This document shows positions 20,517 through 30,631 of a stretch of 32,000 bases of DNA, piece after piece. Origin of the DNA: a cyanobacterium endosymbiont of Epithemia turgida isolate EtSB Lake Yunoko (GTDB taxonomy: Bacteria; Cyanobacteriota; Cyanobacteriia; Cyanobacteriales; Microcystaceae). The position numbers were made by a program, and so were the translations under genes. Location of the stretch: contig NZ_AP012549.1 of assembly GCF_000829235.1 (NCBI RefSeq), positions 1,350,001 to 1,382,000 on the forward strand, given 5' to 3'. The notes beneath the pieces were generated by a model, which had not been told where the DNA came from, searched no databases, and saw nothing but the letters and a program-made list of their open reading frames with translations. Every line of letters starts with the position of its first letter. Positions within the stretch are counted from its first letter, which is position 1.

Positions 20517-22793
20517 CTAGTTAATTATAATAAAAGGTTGAGCTACAGCTACATTCTTTTCTAAAACTTTACCTATAATACAGCTATCTTTAAATCCTGA
20601 CTGAATTAGCTTTAATAAGCATGTATCAGCTTTATTTGAAGGAATTGAGGCAAGCAATCCTCCAGAAGTTTGAGGATCAAATAGTAGGGGGAATTTATTT
20701 TTCTTTTTAACTTCTTCTCGGTTAAGAATATAATTACTTGTCTGTAAATTCTGCAGGTATAACGAGCTAGTAATTCCCTGTTTTGTGGTTTGTAGTGCTC
20801 CTTCCAAGATAATAATATTTTCTAAGTCTAAACTAACCGATATTTTAGAAGCTTTAATCATTTCTACTAAATGTCCTAGCAACCCAAACCCAGTGACATC
20901 TGTACATGCTGTCGCTTCAAATTCTAAGAAAATCTTTGCTGCTTGTTGATTCGATAGTAACATGGATTCGACAGCATTATCGATCCATCTTCCTTTAGCT
21001 TGATAATTCATATCAGCTGCAAATAAAGTTCCCGTTCCAATTCCTTTAGTTAAAATCAGTTGATCTCCTGAATTCATCCCACTTTTCTTTAAAAGATTAC
21101 TTGAAGAAATAAAGCCATTACAGGATAACCCTAATGCTAGTTCTGAGGATTCTATCGTATGACCACCAATTAAAACAACTTGAGATTGATTTAAAATTTT
21201 AATAACTCCAGAAAGCAATTGATATAGGCTTTCTTCTAGTTTATTTTCTAACCCATAAGGAAGTGTAACGATTGCTAAAACACTATGAGGAGTTGCGCCC
21301 ATGGCGAAAATATCACTTAGACAATGATTAGAAGTAATTTGTCCAAATATAAAAGGATCGTTAATTATACTTGGAAAAAAATCGATAGTTTGCACTAATA
21401 AATTTTGATTTTTTAAAATTATTATCGCTGCATCATCTGGATTATTTAGTCCAACTAAAATGTCGTTATTTTGCTTAATTTCTAAACGATTTAAAACTTT
21501 ATCCAAAATAGAATATCCCACTTTTGATCCACAGCCAGCACAAGGTATTAAATTTTTTGCGTTTGTTTTTAAATCTAAACTATCAATGGTAATAATTTGA
21601 TTTTTATTCATTGAAGAAATTTTTTGAAATTGCTGCATAAATTGTCGATCAATATAATTCTTCCAATACCATAAAATAGAAGATTCCCAACCCAAATGAC
21701 CCCAAGAGGCTATCGCTCTTTTATCTCCTGTTCCAATTAGACTTAAAAAATATTTTTGAGGTTGATAAGATATTAAAGGTTCTTCTAAAATTATTTTCTG
21801 TAAGTTTTTAAATAAAGGCTTTCCTTGTCGAACTGCAAAAACCCCCGCTTTTGGATAGGAAGTATTCTGAATTGTAGCAATATCGCCGGCTGCAAAAATA
21901 TTGGCATGGGAAATAGATTGTAAGTTGTTGTTAACTATGATAAATCCTTTATTATCAGTTTTTAATCCAGAATCTTTTATCCAACTAGGTGCTGATGCTT
22001 GAGTTACCCAGAAAACAAAATTACAGTCAACAGCTAAACCTGTATCACAATAAACTCGATAACTATTAGAATTATTGGATATTACTTTTATTACCCTTTC
22101 ATTAAGAAATAGTTGTATTTTTTTTTGTTGTAATACAATCTTTGATCTTTTGCTAACCCAATAATTATGACTATTTAGTAAAATTTCCCCTGGATGAAAT
22201 AGATAAATTTTTATATTAGATAAAGACTGGTTATATTTTTGTAAAATTCTAGTCAAACGACTGTGTATATTTAAAGCTAATTCAACTCCTCCTGCGCCGC
22301 CACCAACAATGCTTATAGAATATTGTTGGTGGGGCTCATTAATAACCATTTCAATCAATGCATTCCAAACTGTTAAAAACCTGGAAATAGGTTTAGCAGT
22401 AATCGCATATTGAGAAGCACCAGGAATATTAACTGTTTCTGGAGTACTTCCAATATTAATAGATAAGTAATCAAAGTCTACTGGAGGATAATTATCACAA
22501 ATTACTTTGTTATTAATTAGATCTAAATTAATCGCTTGATCAAGATAAAGTTGAGCTTGAGAAAATCGAGCAAGACGACGCAGATCGATATGAATGTCAT
22601 CAAAACTATAGAAACCAGCTAGATAACCTGGTAACATTCCTGAATAAGGGGTGTGGGAGGTATCTGTAATTAAAGTGAGTCGTACTCCAGGAATTGGATT
22701 CATGCCCCATAATTTTAGTGTTATTGCATGGCTGTATCCTCCCCCAATTAGTACTAAATCATGGATAATTGGACTCGGTTTTGATTGCATCAT
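20517..22793 (-). CDS. selD: bifunctional FAD-dependent pyridine nucleotide-disulfide oxidoreductase (NDH-2-like) / selenide, water dikinase SelD fusion
   Basis: 758 aa with an ATG start. The N-terminal ~390 aa carries two Rossmann motifs (LIGGGYSH, IVGGGAGGVELA) and AAGDIA. The C-terminal ~350 aa is a complete SelD: PCAGCGSKVG (E. coli Cys17/Lys20 equivalents; Cys, not Sec), DDAAII, DFFPSIINDPFIFGQITSNHCLSDIFAMGATP, GGHTIES, TDVTGFGLLGHLVEM and DPQTSGGLL. Confidence 0.9.
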   Translation of the reverse strand: MMQSKPSPIIHDLVLIGGGYSHAITLKLWGMNPIPGVRLTLITDTSHTPYSGMLPGYLAGFYSFDDIHIDLRRLARFSQAQLYLDQAINLDLINNKVICDNYPPVDFDYLSINIGSTPETVNIPGASQYAITAKPISRFLTVWNALIEMVINEPHQQYSISIVGGGAGGVELALNIHSRLTRILQKYNQSLSNIKIYLFHPGEILLNSHNYWVSKRSKIVLQQKKIQLFLNERVIKVISNNSNSYRVYCDTGLAVDCNFVFWVTQASAPSWIKDSGLKTDNKGFIIVNNNLQSISHANIFAAGDIATIQNTSYPKAGVFAVRQGKPLFKNLQKIILEEPLISYQPQKYFLSLIGTGDKRAIASWGHLGWESSILWYWKNYIDRQFMQQFQKISSMNKNQIITIDSLDLKTNAKNLIPCAGCGSKVGYSILDKVLNRLEIKQNNDILVGLNNPDDAAIIILKNQNLLVQTIDFFPSIINDPFIFGQITSNHCLSDIFAMGATPHSVLAIVTLPYGLENKLEESLYQLLSGVIKILNQSQVVLIGGHTIESSELALGLSCNGFISSSNLLKKSGMNSGDQLILTKGIGTGTLFAADMNYQAKGRWIDNAVESMLLSNQQAAKIFLEFEATACTDVTGFGLLGHLVEMIKASKISVSLDLENIIILEGALQTTKQGITSSLYLQNLQTSNYILNREEVKKKNKFPLLFDPQTSGGLLASIPSNKADTCLLKLIQSGFKDSCIIGKVLEKNVAVAQPFIIIN

Positions 22794-23937
22794 TTTATTT
22801 TAGACCAAAAATAATCTACAGAAAAAATTTTATTGCCATACCTATTTAACTTATCTCATTTTTTTCCAAAAAGACAATACCTAGCATTTATTAGATACTA
22901 AGTAAATAAACTTAAATAAGTTTACAAAGAGCAATTACTAGATACTAGCTTGTATAAACATTTAGCTAATATAATTAAAAGAGTAAAAACTATGAAAGCA
23001 GACTCACGACCTAGAAATTTCTTCTAGAACCAGAACAAAAATAAAGATATTATATTTAAATACAAGAGGATGAAAAATGAAGAAAATACTGAATTTAGCA
23101 AGCCAATCAGAAAACCAATTATAGGGGGGTTTTTAAAAAAAAAGAACTTGGAACATAGAGAATATAAGATATTTTGAAGGGCACTCAGAAAAAGATTAAA
23201 TAGTTTATGAGAGTCGATAATTATCAAGAATTTTAAACAGGAAAAAAGAGTTAAATTAAATTGTTTAAAAATTTATTTAACATTTAAAATATAGATATAT
23301 ATAATTAATAATATAGAATTTAAATTTATTTAAAAATAAAATACCTAAAATAATTAGATTTTTATCTATAAATTTTAGTAAAAAATGTTTATATAAAAAT
23401 CATGATATAAAATTACTTTTTATATTCTATAAAACAGAAAAATAACTAAATATGATAAGAATATATAAAAAAAATTAGTTATATTTAAAGTATTCATTAG
23501 TCTAAAGAAGAAGATATTCCCGATTATTTTAGATAAAGATCTGGATAAAGTTTAAAAATACGGCAAAGATAAATGTATAAATACGGTAATTATTCTTGAT
23601 ACTAATTTAGTATATATAAATAGTCTAGTTTTAAAAGAAATAAAACAATAAAAAAATAAACATAATATATGATATTATACCTGTTTTATTTGTCAACTTA
23701 TACTTAAAAATTTAATTTAATCCAAGGTAAACGGTATACAAGAAACACTGATTAAATATCTACAAGTATGTTTTATGAATATGATTTAGTTAAGACATCT
23801 AAAGAAAATGACATAAGTTAAACTTTGATTACTTAAATATAGAGACACAAGATTGTTTATAACAACTCTTATACTAGTGAGTTATATTTTAAATCTAAAT
23901 TATATAATTATCATAAAAATTTTAAAATAAGTAATGA

Positions 23938-24396
23938 CTATAAAACGGATTGTAATTTAATTTGAATATTTATATTTTTTCCAACTACCATAATAGCCGA
24001 TTCACTAAACTTAGGAGGACCGCTTTTAATTATTGGATTGCTAGAAAATCCAAATTTTTCTGTGGGAATTCCTAGAACATTCCGATTTAGTTTACTATCT
24101 TCATTCTGGTCTAAAAAAACTGCCACAGCATAGGTTTTTGGAGGTAAATTATTGAATGTAACCCGCATAGGATTATTGGTTATTTTTACACATTCACTTT
24201 TAATTGCATATTTCTTATTATCTGGAAAACCTTGCCTGCTTGAAAATAGACTTAAACAAAGCTGTCCGCGACGTTCACCTAATCCAGTGATTTCAATTGT
24301 GAGATCGCTCATTAAATTGGCATTTGCAGAGCCAAAAACACCTAATATTCCTACTAAAGATAGTAATCTATAACTTATTTTATATCTACACTTCAT
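23938..24396 (-). CDS. DUF2141 domain-containing secreted protein
   Basis: 152 aa. A signal-peptide-like N-terminus (LLSLVGILGVFGSANA) is followed by GQLCLSLFSS..GFP, PPKTYAVAVFLDQNEDSKLNRNVLGIPTEKFGFSSNP and PPKF, which matches the DUF2141 pattern. Confidence 0.8.
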   Translation of the reverse strand: MKCRYKISYRLLSLVGILGVFGSANANLMSDLTIEITGLGERRGQLCLSLFSSRQGFPDNKKYAIKSECVKITNNPMRVTFNNLPPKTYAVAVFLDQNEDSKLNRNVLGIPTEKFGFSSNPIIKSGPPKFSESAIMVVGKNINIQIKLQSVL

Positions 24397-27300
24397 TATG
24401 GTTTCCTCTAAAAAGATATTGTTTTATTTGATTTGAATACAATCGTTAGTTGTAGACTTCTATAGTGATTGTTTAAGAGAGTTATTTTGTTGCTATATTT
24501 TATTATAATTTGAGTATTAATTGTCTCTTATTTAACACCTTATTAAATATAACATATTTATAAAAATCATGAATTTTTTAAACAAAAAACATAATCTATT
24601 TATTACTGGATCTCGAAAATATAAATATTAATTTTTATTAAAATAACATATTTTATGGTATATAATTACTTTTGCCGATCTAATAAAGATTAATTAAAAA
24701 TTAAAGTTTAATTTTTAAACTAATTTAATCAAAAAATATAAAATCTTTAAACAAGTCGAAATATGTATTTTTAGATCTTACTAAAGAGAATATACAAAAA
24801 AAATATATATTTTTTGTATATAGTTTTTAACTATGAATTTTTTATCTTAAGTTCGTTAAAACTAAACTTTATAAAAAAATGATAAGCATGCTCAAAAAAC
24901 GATTTAGCTCTACTTAGTTAGAACAAATATTCTTATTGCAGACTGATGTATTTTGATAGACATATTGTGCTGTTGACTAAAAAGAATGATGGCAAAAGTT
25001 ATTCCAAAATATTTAATCGTAATAAAACACCTTATTTTAAAACTTTAATCAACAGTATTTTTTCCTTAAAATTAATAAATATTTAATTGAACTTAATCTA
25101 ATTAATAAAATACCTGAAAACAATTAGTAATATATGATGTTACTAACAGTTAATTAAAAATAATTTATTGTAGTAGCTTGTAACTATTATGAGTTAAATT
25201 TTTATTAAATATATGGAATAATTTATTTTTATGTATAAATAAATCTGGTTAATTTATTGAGTCTATAAATCATGATTTATCTCCTAGATTAGTTATGTTT
25301 AAAACAATAATTAAAATATACAAGCGTTACTTTTTCAAGTTTTATTGGAATTATAGAAATTTAAATTCCACAACCTTTAAGCTTTGAGCCTAAAAAATAT
25401 TGTTATAATAAAAATATTGTTAATTATTGATTAATATTTTATTGGTTTTAGTATGCAATAGCTGAGCTAAGATTTTTTAAATGGTAGAAATTAATTTAAA
25501 TTACAAAAAATCAATGATTAAGGCAGCTAATCGTCAATTATCTTAGTATTTTTCCTGAAATCAGAAATAACTAATATTCAACCCTATTTAGAAATATATG
25601 AAAGGAAACTCTTGGGAGTCTCGCCATGTTTCGATCCCAAGAGCTTTTGTCTTTCATTCTTACTTTTCACATACACCTGTGTTGACACAAGTTTTTTGTT
25701 AAAGTTCCTATGAAAGTGACAGTTTATTTATTATCACTGGTTAACAGAGAACGTTCACAATAGAAACCGTACTGTAACGAGTACATTTAGCCATAATTAA
25801 ACTTTGCCTTTTTAAGTAGAATATAAAACTTATTAATTTGTTGATAATCTATGATCTATTTTTATATCAAAACTTAGATCTGACAATATCAATCTATGAT
25901 TTTAAATCTCATAAGAGCTATGCTCCATATACTTAATCAACTATGATATTGATAATTATTACAATTACAGCCTTAAAAAGTAGAGTTGATAAAACAACGA
26001 TTATATTAATGAATTGATACTGATCACAGTTATTATACCCTAATTTTATTACGGCAAGGCAAACTTCTCTTTTATATAATTTTCCAAGCGAGCTTAATCA
26101 ATATTATCCGTAAATATCTTCTCTTCATATTATTAATCATTAAAACGCGAATTAGACCTGAACCAGAATAATTTAAAAATCTTGCTGATGATGATAAGAG
26201 TAATTTGTTGTACTTTATCCACAACTTACAATCATATTGTATTAATATGCTACCTTTAAAGCTGTTTAGCGGTTACAATACCTTGATACTAGTCTTTACA
26301 TTTTCCTTGCCAAAGTTGATGTTGAAATTAAAAATAAAAGAAGAGTAAAAGCATTTATAAAAATACTTAATTTATCATATTTAAAACTAAAATATTTTTC
26401 TTAGTAGCTGTTAAATTTAATTTTTTATAAGGAGTGATAATCAAAAATAATTCTAAATTTTAAAATAAAATTTACTTAACTAGTTTATAAGGAAGTAATA
26501 TAAAGGATTATGTTATAACTCTATTTTATTAGAACCCAAATTAGGTTGATTTTTAACGTTGTAGATTTTAGATAGGTACCTAACCTGACGATTATAAAAA
26601 ACAGGTTAAGTTGATTAACTAAAAAATTTTAATATTTAAATTAACTTTAAAATTGTGGCTATTCTAGCCTAGCTGTAACGGAATTATAAGCAAATATGAA
26701 TTTGATAAATTTTAAAAACACTGTTTTCATTCTTAATACATTCAGTTAAAATCTGACGAGGTTAACGATTATCTGAAACAGTAACGAAAACCGATTAAGA
26801 CCACAATAATTATTATGAAACGGCAGGAAGCGAGCCTAAACTAAATGTATATTTACTTCCTTTCTAAAAAGTTACTATATTCTTCCTGTAAATACGTAAA
26901 TTTAAATATTGGGCTAAATTTTTACTAACTAATCACTAATAATTACAGTTTGGGCTATTAACCTAACTATTAGACATCTGAAGATACGCATAAAAACGCA
27001 TCCTGAATTTATTCTGAAAACGAGAAAATTACAATTTTGAATATTGCCTATCAGCAGAGGCTATGTCTGCAACTCTTAAAACTTATTGTGAAACTTAAAT
27101 ATTAGCTATTTTGATAAAATTATTAGTTCTTATTTGTGTTAGCGACTAAAATTATTTATAATTATCGACATAAGTAATATTAGAATGAATAATATATTTC
27201 TGTTTTAAAAGTAAGCACTAATGGCTAAGTTAGTAAAAATCAACTAATTTTTATATTTTCTCAAGGCATAATCTCGGACTGACTGGCAAACACTTAGTGT

Positions 27301-27876
27301 ACATAAATTACCTCATTTTGCTATTTATCTGACTAAAAACTTAATATCCATACCTTGAAAAGAGCATTGATTGAATCTTTATTAATGCCTCTGTTCGGCT
27401 AAATTAATCTAGACAAACTTTCAAGCTTTGTAAAAGTCTCTTGTGAGTCGGTTGATTTTTTTAAAACCCTCATTATATTTTCCGATTATTAATAATTAAA
27501 ATATACTAAAAAAGTATTTTATTCTCTATTGTATTTAGCAGTAATTGCAATAAAAATTTTTATAAATAAAAAGAAAGAGTAATCTAAATTCTTGAATTTT
27601 GGGGTTTTGTCTCTGCCATTATTATAATATGCTAATTTTTAATAGTTTAATAGTGATAAGGATGTCAATATAAGTAGACAGACTACAAATTTAAGTGATA
27701 AGATCACTTAAAGATCAAGTTAATAACACTCTTAGATTATACTCCCTATGTATGTTATGATGAGCGAGTAAGTAATAAAATCTAAGTTACAAAGCCTCCA
27801 GGGTAAGTTAGAGTTAAAAGCTATAACTATTACCAAATTTAATTGAGGAATTGAATTGAGTCCTTGTCAAATTAGT

Positions 27877-28824
27877 ATGGCTAACTATTCTAAGCAGGAA
27901 GTTACCATTGCCGTGGTCGGTGATATTCACGGTCAGTGGGAAGAGGATGATAATCTTGCTTTAAAAAATTTAGGAGTTGATCTTGTCCTCTTTGTTGGAG
28001 ATTTTGGGGATGAGGCAGTTTCTACTGTTCGTTTAGTTGCTGACCTCACTCTTCCTAAAGCCGCTATTATGGGTAACCATGATGCCTGGTACACTGCCTC
28101 AGACTGGGGGCGCGAACAATGTCCTTATGATCGAACTAGAGAAGATTGGCTACAGGCACAACTCGATTTATTAGGAACAACCCATGTGGGTTATGCTAAG
28201 TTAGATTTTGTGAAATTAAACCTCTCGGTGGTGGGGAGTCGCCCCTATAGTTGGGGTGGCTCTAAATGGAGAAACAAAGACTTTTTACGTGCTCGTTACG
28301 GTGTCACTAGTTTTGCAGAGTCTACTGCTAAAATTGTCGCTGCAGCCAAACAGGCAAAATACAATACTGTGATTCTTTTGGGACATAATGGACCAACAGG
28401 ATTAGGAGAAGAACCTGGGGCAATCTGTGGACGTGATTGGAACCCCCTGGGAGGTGATCATGGTGACCCTGATTTAGCAGAGGCTATCACTGAAGTTCAC
28501 GCTTTGGGTAAGCACATTCCCTTCGTGACCTTCGGGCATATGCACCATCGATTACGATATACAAATTCTCGACTCAGAATTCAAGTTGAACATAATTCAA
28601 CAAAGACAATCTATTTGAATGCTGCTAGTGTTCCCCGCCACATAAAAAAAGATAAAGTTAAACTACGCAATTTTTCATTAGTTTTTTTGAATCAAGGAGA
28701 AGTTAGAGAAATATCTTTAGTTTGGGTTAATTCTGATGGGATAATTTCTTCTCAAGAATGTTTGTATCGTCGTCAAGATACTATTGCCCCAAGTACAGCC
28801 TTCCTGAATACCCAACTTTTTTAA
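27877..28824 (+). CDS. calcineurin-like metallophosphoesterase family protein
   Basis: The ORF track opens at TTG 27856, but ATG at 27877 (MANYSKQEVTIAVVGDIHG) is the more likely start. The metallophosphoesterase motifs appear in order: GDIHG, GDFGDE, GNHD, GHNGP, GHMH. Confidence 0.85.
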   Translation: MANYSKQEVTIAVVGDIHGQWEEDDNLALKNLGVDLVLFVGDFGDEAVSTVRLVADLTLPKAAIMGNHDAWYTASDWGREQCPYDRTREDWLQAQLDLLGTTHVGYAKLDFVKLNLSVVGSRPYSWGGSKWRNKDFLRARYGVTSFAESTAKIVAAAKQAKYNTVILLGHNGPTGLGEEPGAICGRDWNPLGGDHGDPDLAEAITEVHALGKHIPFVTFGHMHHRLRYTNSRLRIQVEHNSTKTIYLNAASVPRHIKKDKVKLRNFSLVFLNQGEVREISLVWVNSDGIISSQECLYRRQDTIAPSTAFLNTQLF

Positions 28825-28950
28825 CCAATCCACTAATCTTATCTATGTCTAGTACTCATGTGTGGAGCTTTTTCCCGAAGATTTGTAAAGTCTTATTAAT
28901 CATGTGTTAGTCTAACAATTTTTGATAGAATCGAAGATGCTTGTATTATT

Positions 28951-29035
28951 GGAGAGGTGGCAGAGTGGTCGAATGCGCCCGACTTGAAATCGGGTTTGGG
29001 TCAAACCAACGTGGGTTCAAATCCCACCCTCTCCG
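28951..29035 (+). tRNA. tRNA-Ser (anticodon UGA), class II with long variable arm; no encoded CCA
   Basis: Manual fold. Acceptor GGAGAGG/CCTCTCC plus discriminator G. D arm GCA...TGC. Anticodon stem CCCGA/TCGGG with loop cTTGAaa, giving anticodon UGA. Variable arm TTGG-GTCAAA-CCAA. T arm GTGGG-TTCAAAT-CCCAC. Confidence 0.95.
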
Positions 29036-29324
29036 TTATGGGATTAATTGTTAAGAAGTTTATGAGTCAACACAAAGTTTTAAAGTTGAGAAGTCACTTT
29101 GACTTTGAGCGATAATAATCGGCTAGAGTGGTAGACGATAGCTTATGGAGGCTCTCTGTGTATTATGACATTTTCATCCCTGTTCATTAGAGAACTTCCT
29201 CTGTTTTCCTTCGTAGAAATAGGTTTATTTTTTAAGTCGCCCCTTCCTCTCCATATCTTTAAATTTCTCTATCGTATGATGATAAATACAGTTTTAGAGT
29301 AATGATAGTTGTTTTGGGGTTTTG

Positions 29325-29495
29325 ATGGGTAATTCTCTCAACGGTAAAATTACCAAAGTGGGTTGTTGTTCTGAAGTGATTCGATTTCAACGTTTACCCG
29401 ATAATTGTGTGAAAGTTCTTATCCTTTCCTTGGACAGCGAAAATTTAGACTGCTCGATACCGTTTCAGAAAACACCTATCGAATGGGATAGCTAG
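29325..29495 (+). CDS. possible small protein (56 aa), unknown function
   Basis: ATG-initiated ORF MGNSLNGKITKVGCCSEVIRFQRLPDNCVKVLILSLDSENLDCSIPFQKTPIEWDS*. It is below the ORF-track size cut-off. Its composition is gene-like rather than spacer-like, but I recognise no family and see no clear SD. Confidence 0.25.
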   Translation: MGNSLNGKITKVGCCSEVIRFQRLPDNCVKVLILSLDSENLDCSIPFQKTPIEWDS

Positions 29496-29764
29496 AATAG
29501 GTCAAGCATCAACCTTAATCCGAAGATTTAAGACCCCTAGCTGACTAAGTGCAACAGTTATTTTAAAATGTTGTACGCCTTTCAGTAAAATTGATAGATC
29601 AAAAGGTTGAATTGTCCAAAAACTCTACTGAGTAAATAAAATACTGCAATTCTCTTAAAACGTAGCTTAGAGACCTTAACTTGAAATCATTAATTTTAAC
29701 TTATACCCGTAATCATTTAGCAGCTAGAACAGCTCTTTAAATAGATTAAGCTAGTCCCAATAGC

Positions 29765-30631
29765 TTAAAACTGAGCAATATCTATTTTTTTAAGTGATAA
29801 TACTCGATAAGACCCCAAAATTTTTAGAGTTTCCGTATAGATTCTCAGTTCGCCTAAGGCTTCTTCAATAGAATTAAACTCTGAGTTAATCTCAAGATCG
29901 ACAAAAAAGAGATATTCTCCTAGTGATCGCTTGGTAGGGCGAGATTCGATACGACTTAAATTAATTCCCCGTTTGGCAAATACTTCCAAGGGTCTAACCA
30001 GCGCGCCAGGAATATTATCAGGAACACTAAATCCTAAGGAAATCCGACTCCCTTTTATGGTGGTTGGTGTTAATTCCAATATCCAGAACCGAGTACAATT
30101 ATCGGGATAATCGTTAATATCATTGATCAGGATGGGATAGTTGTATAACTTAGCAGCACGAGGAGAGGAGATCGCCGCCGAGGTAAAATCGAGATCTATT
30201 TGATGTAGAGCTTCCGTGGTCGAATTTGTTGAAATTAAGGAAACAGAAGGTAAATTCTGCTCTAGCCAATGTTGACATTGTGCTAAAGCTTGGGGATGGG
30301 AATAAACTGTTCTTAGTCCTTTTAGAGATTTTCTTCTTGATAATAAAGCATGGGAGATGGGCAAGACTAACTCTTGTTGAATCTTGAGTTTGTCTAATTG
30401 CCAAAGGCTGTCGAGGATGATAGCCACTGTTCCTTCTGTAGAGTTCTCCACTGGGACAACAGCCTGTTGAGTTTCTCCATAGGCAACAGCGTATAAAGAT
30501 TGAACAATTGTAGGATAAGGACACAGAAAAGATTTTTTTCCCTCTTTTTGCTCTAACCAACGCTGATAAGCCAGAGTAGCAGTTTCTGCATTAGTTCCCG
30601 TCGGACCTAGATGAGCAATGGAAATAGCCAT
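29765..30631 (-). CDS. pheA: prephenate dehydratase (PDT catalytic domain plus C-terminal ACT domain)
   Basis: The ORF track starts at TTG 30637, but the in-frame ATG at 30631 gives MAISIAHLGPTGTNAE, a typical PDT N-terminus. TRFWIL and the ACT-domain block GALVRPLEVFAKRGINLSRIESRPTKRSLGEYLFFVDLE are diagnostic. Confidence 0.9.
   Translation of the reverse strand: MAISIAHLGPTGTNAETATLAYQRWLEQKEGKKSFLCPYPTIVQSLYAVAYGETQQAVVPVENSTEGTVAIILDSLWQLDKLKIQQELVLPISHALLSRRKSLKGLRTVYSHPQALAQCQHWLEQNLPSVSLISTNSTTEALHQIDLDFTSAAISSPRAAKLYNYPILINDINDYPDNCTRFWILELTPTTIKGSRISLGFSVPDNIPGALVRPLEVFAKRGINLSRIESRPTKRSLGEYLFFVDLEINSEFNSIEEALGELRIYTETLKILGSYRVLSLKKIDIAQF

Noticed and set aside
28951-29035. Whether the tRNA is tRNA-Sec, given the SelD gene in the window.
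   Set aside because: The anticodon loop cTTGAaa gives anticodon UGA, which reads UCA serine codons, not UCA. The acceptor stem is the normal 7 bp and the fold is a standard class II tRNA-Ser.
29036-29320. Possible integration site or island boundary downstream of tRNA-Ser. A weak echo of the tRNA 3' end, cccttcctctcc, lies at ~29251.
   Set aside because: Only ~9 of 12 bases match. There is no integrase gene or relic and no direct repeat of convincing length.
27597-29326. A shared 13-mer, ttttggggttttg, occurs at ~27597 and ~29312, both upstream of + strand ORFs.
   Set aside because: It is a single short pair at different distances from the start codons (~270 nt versus ~1 nt), and no known motif matches.
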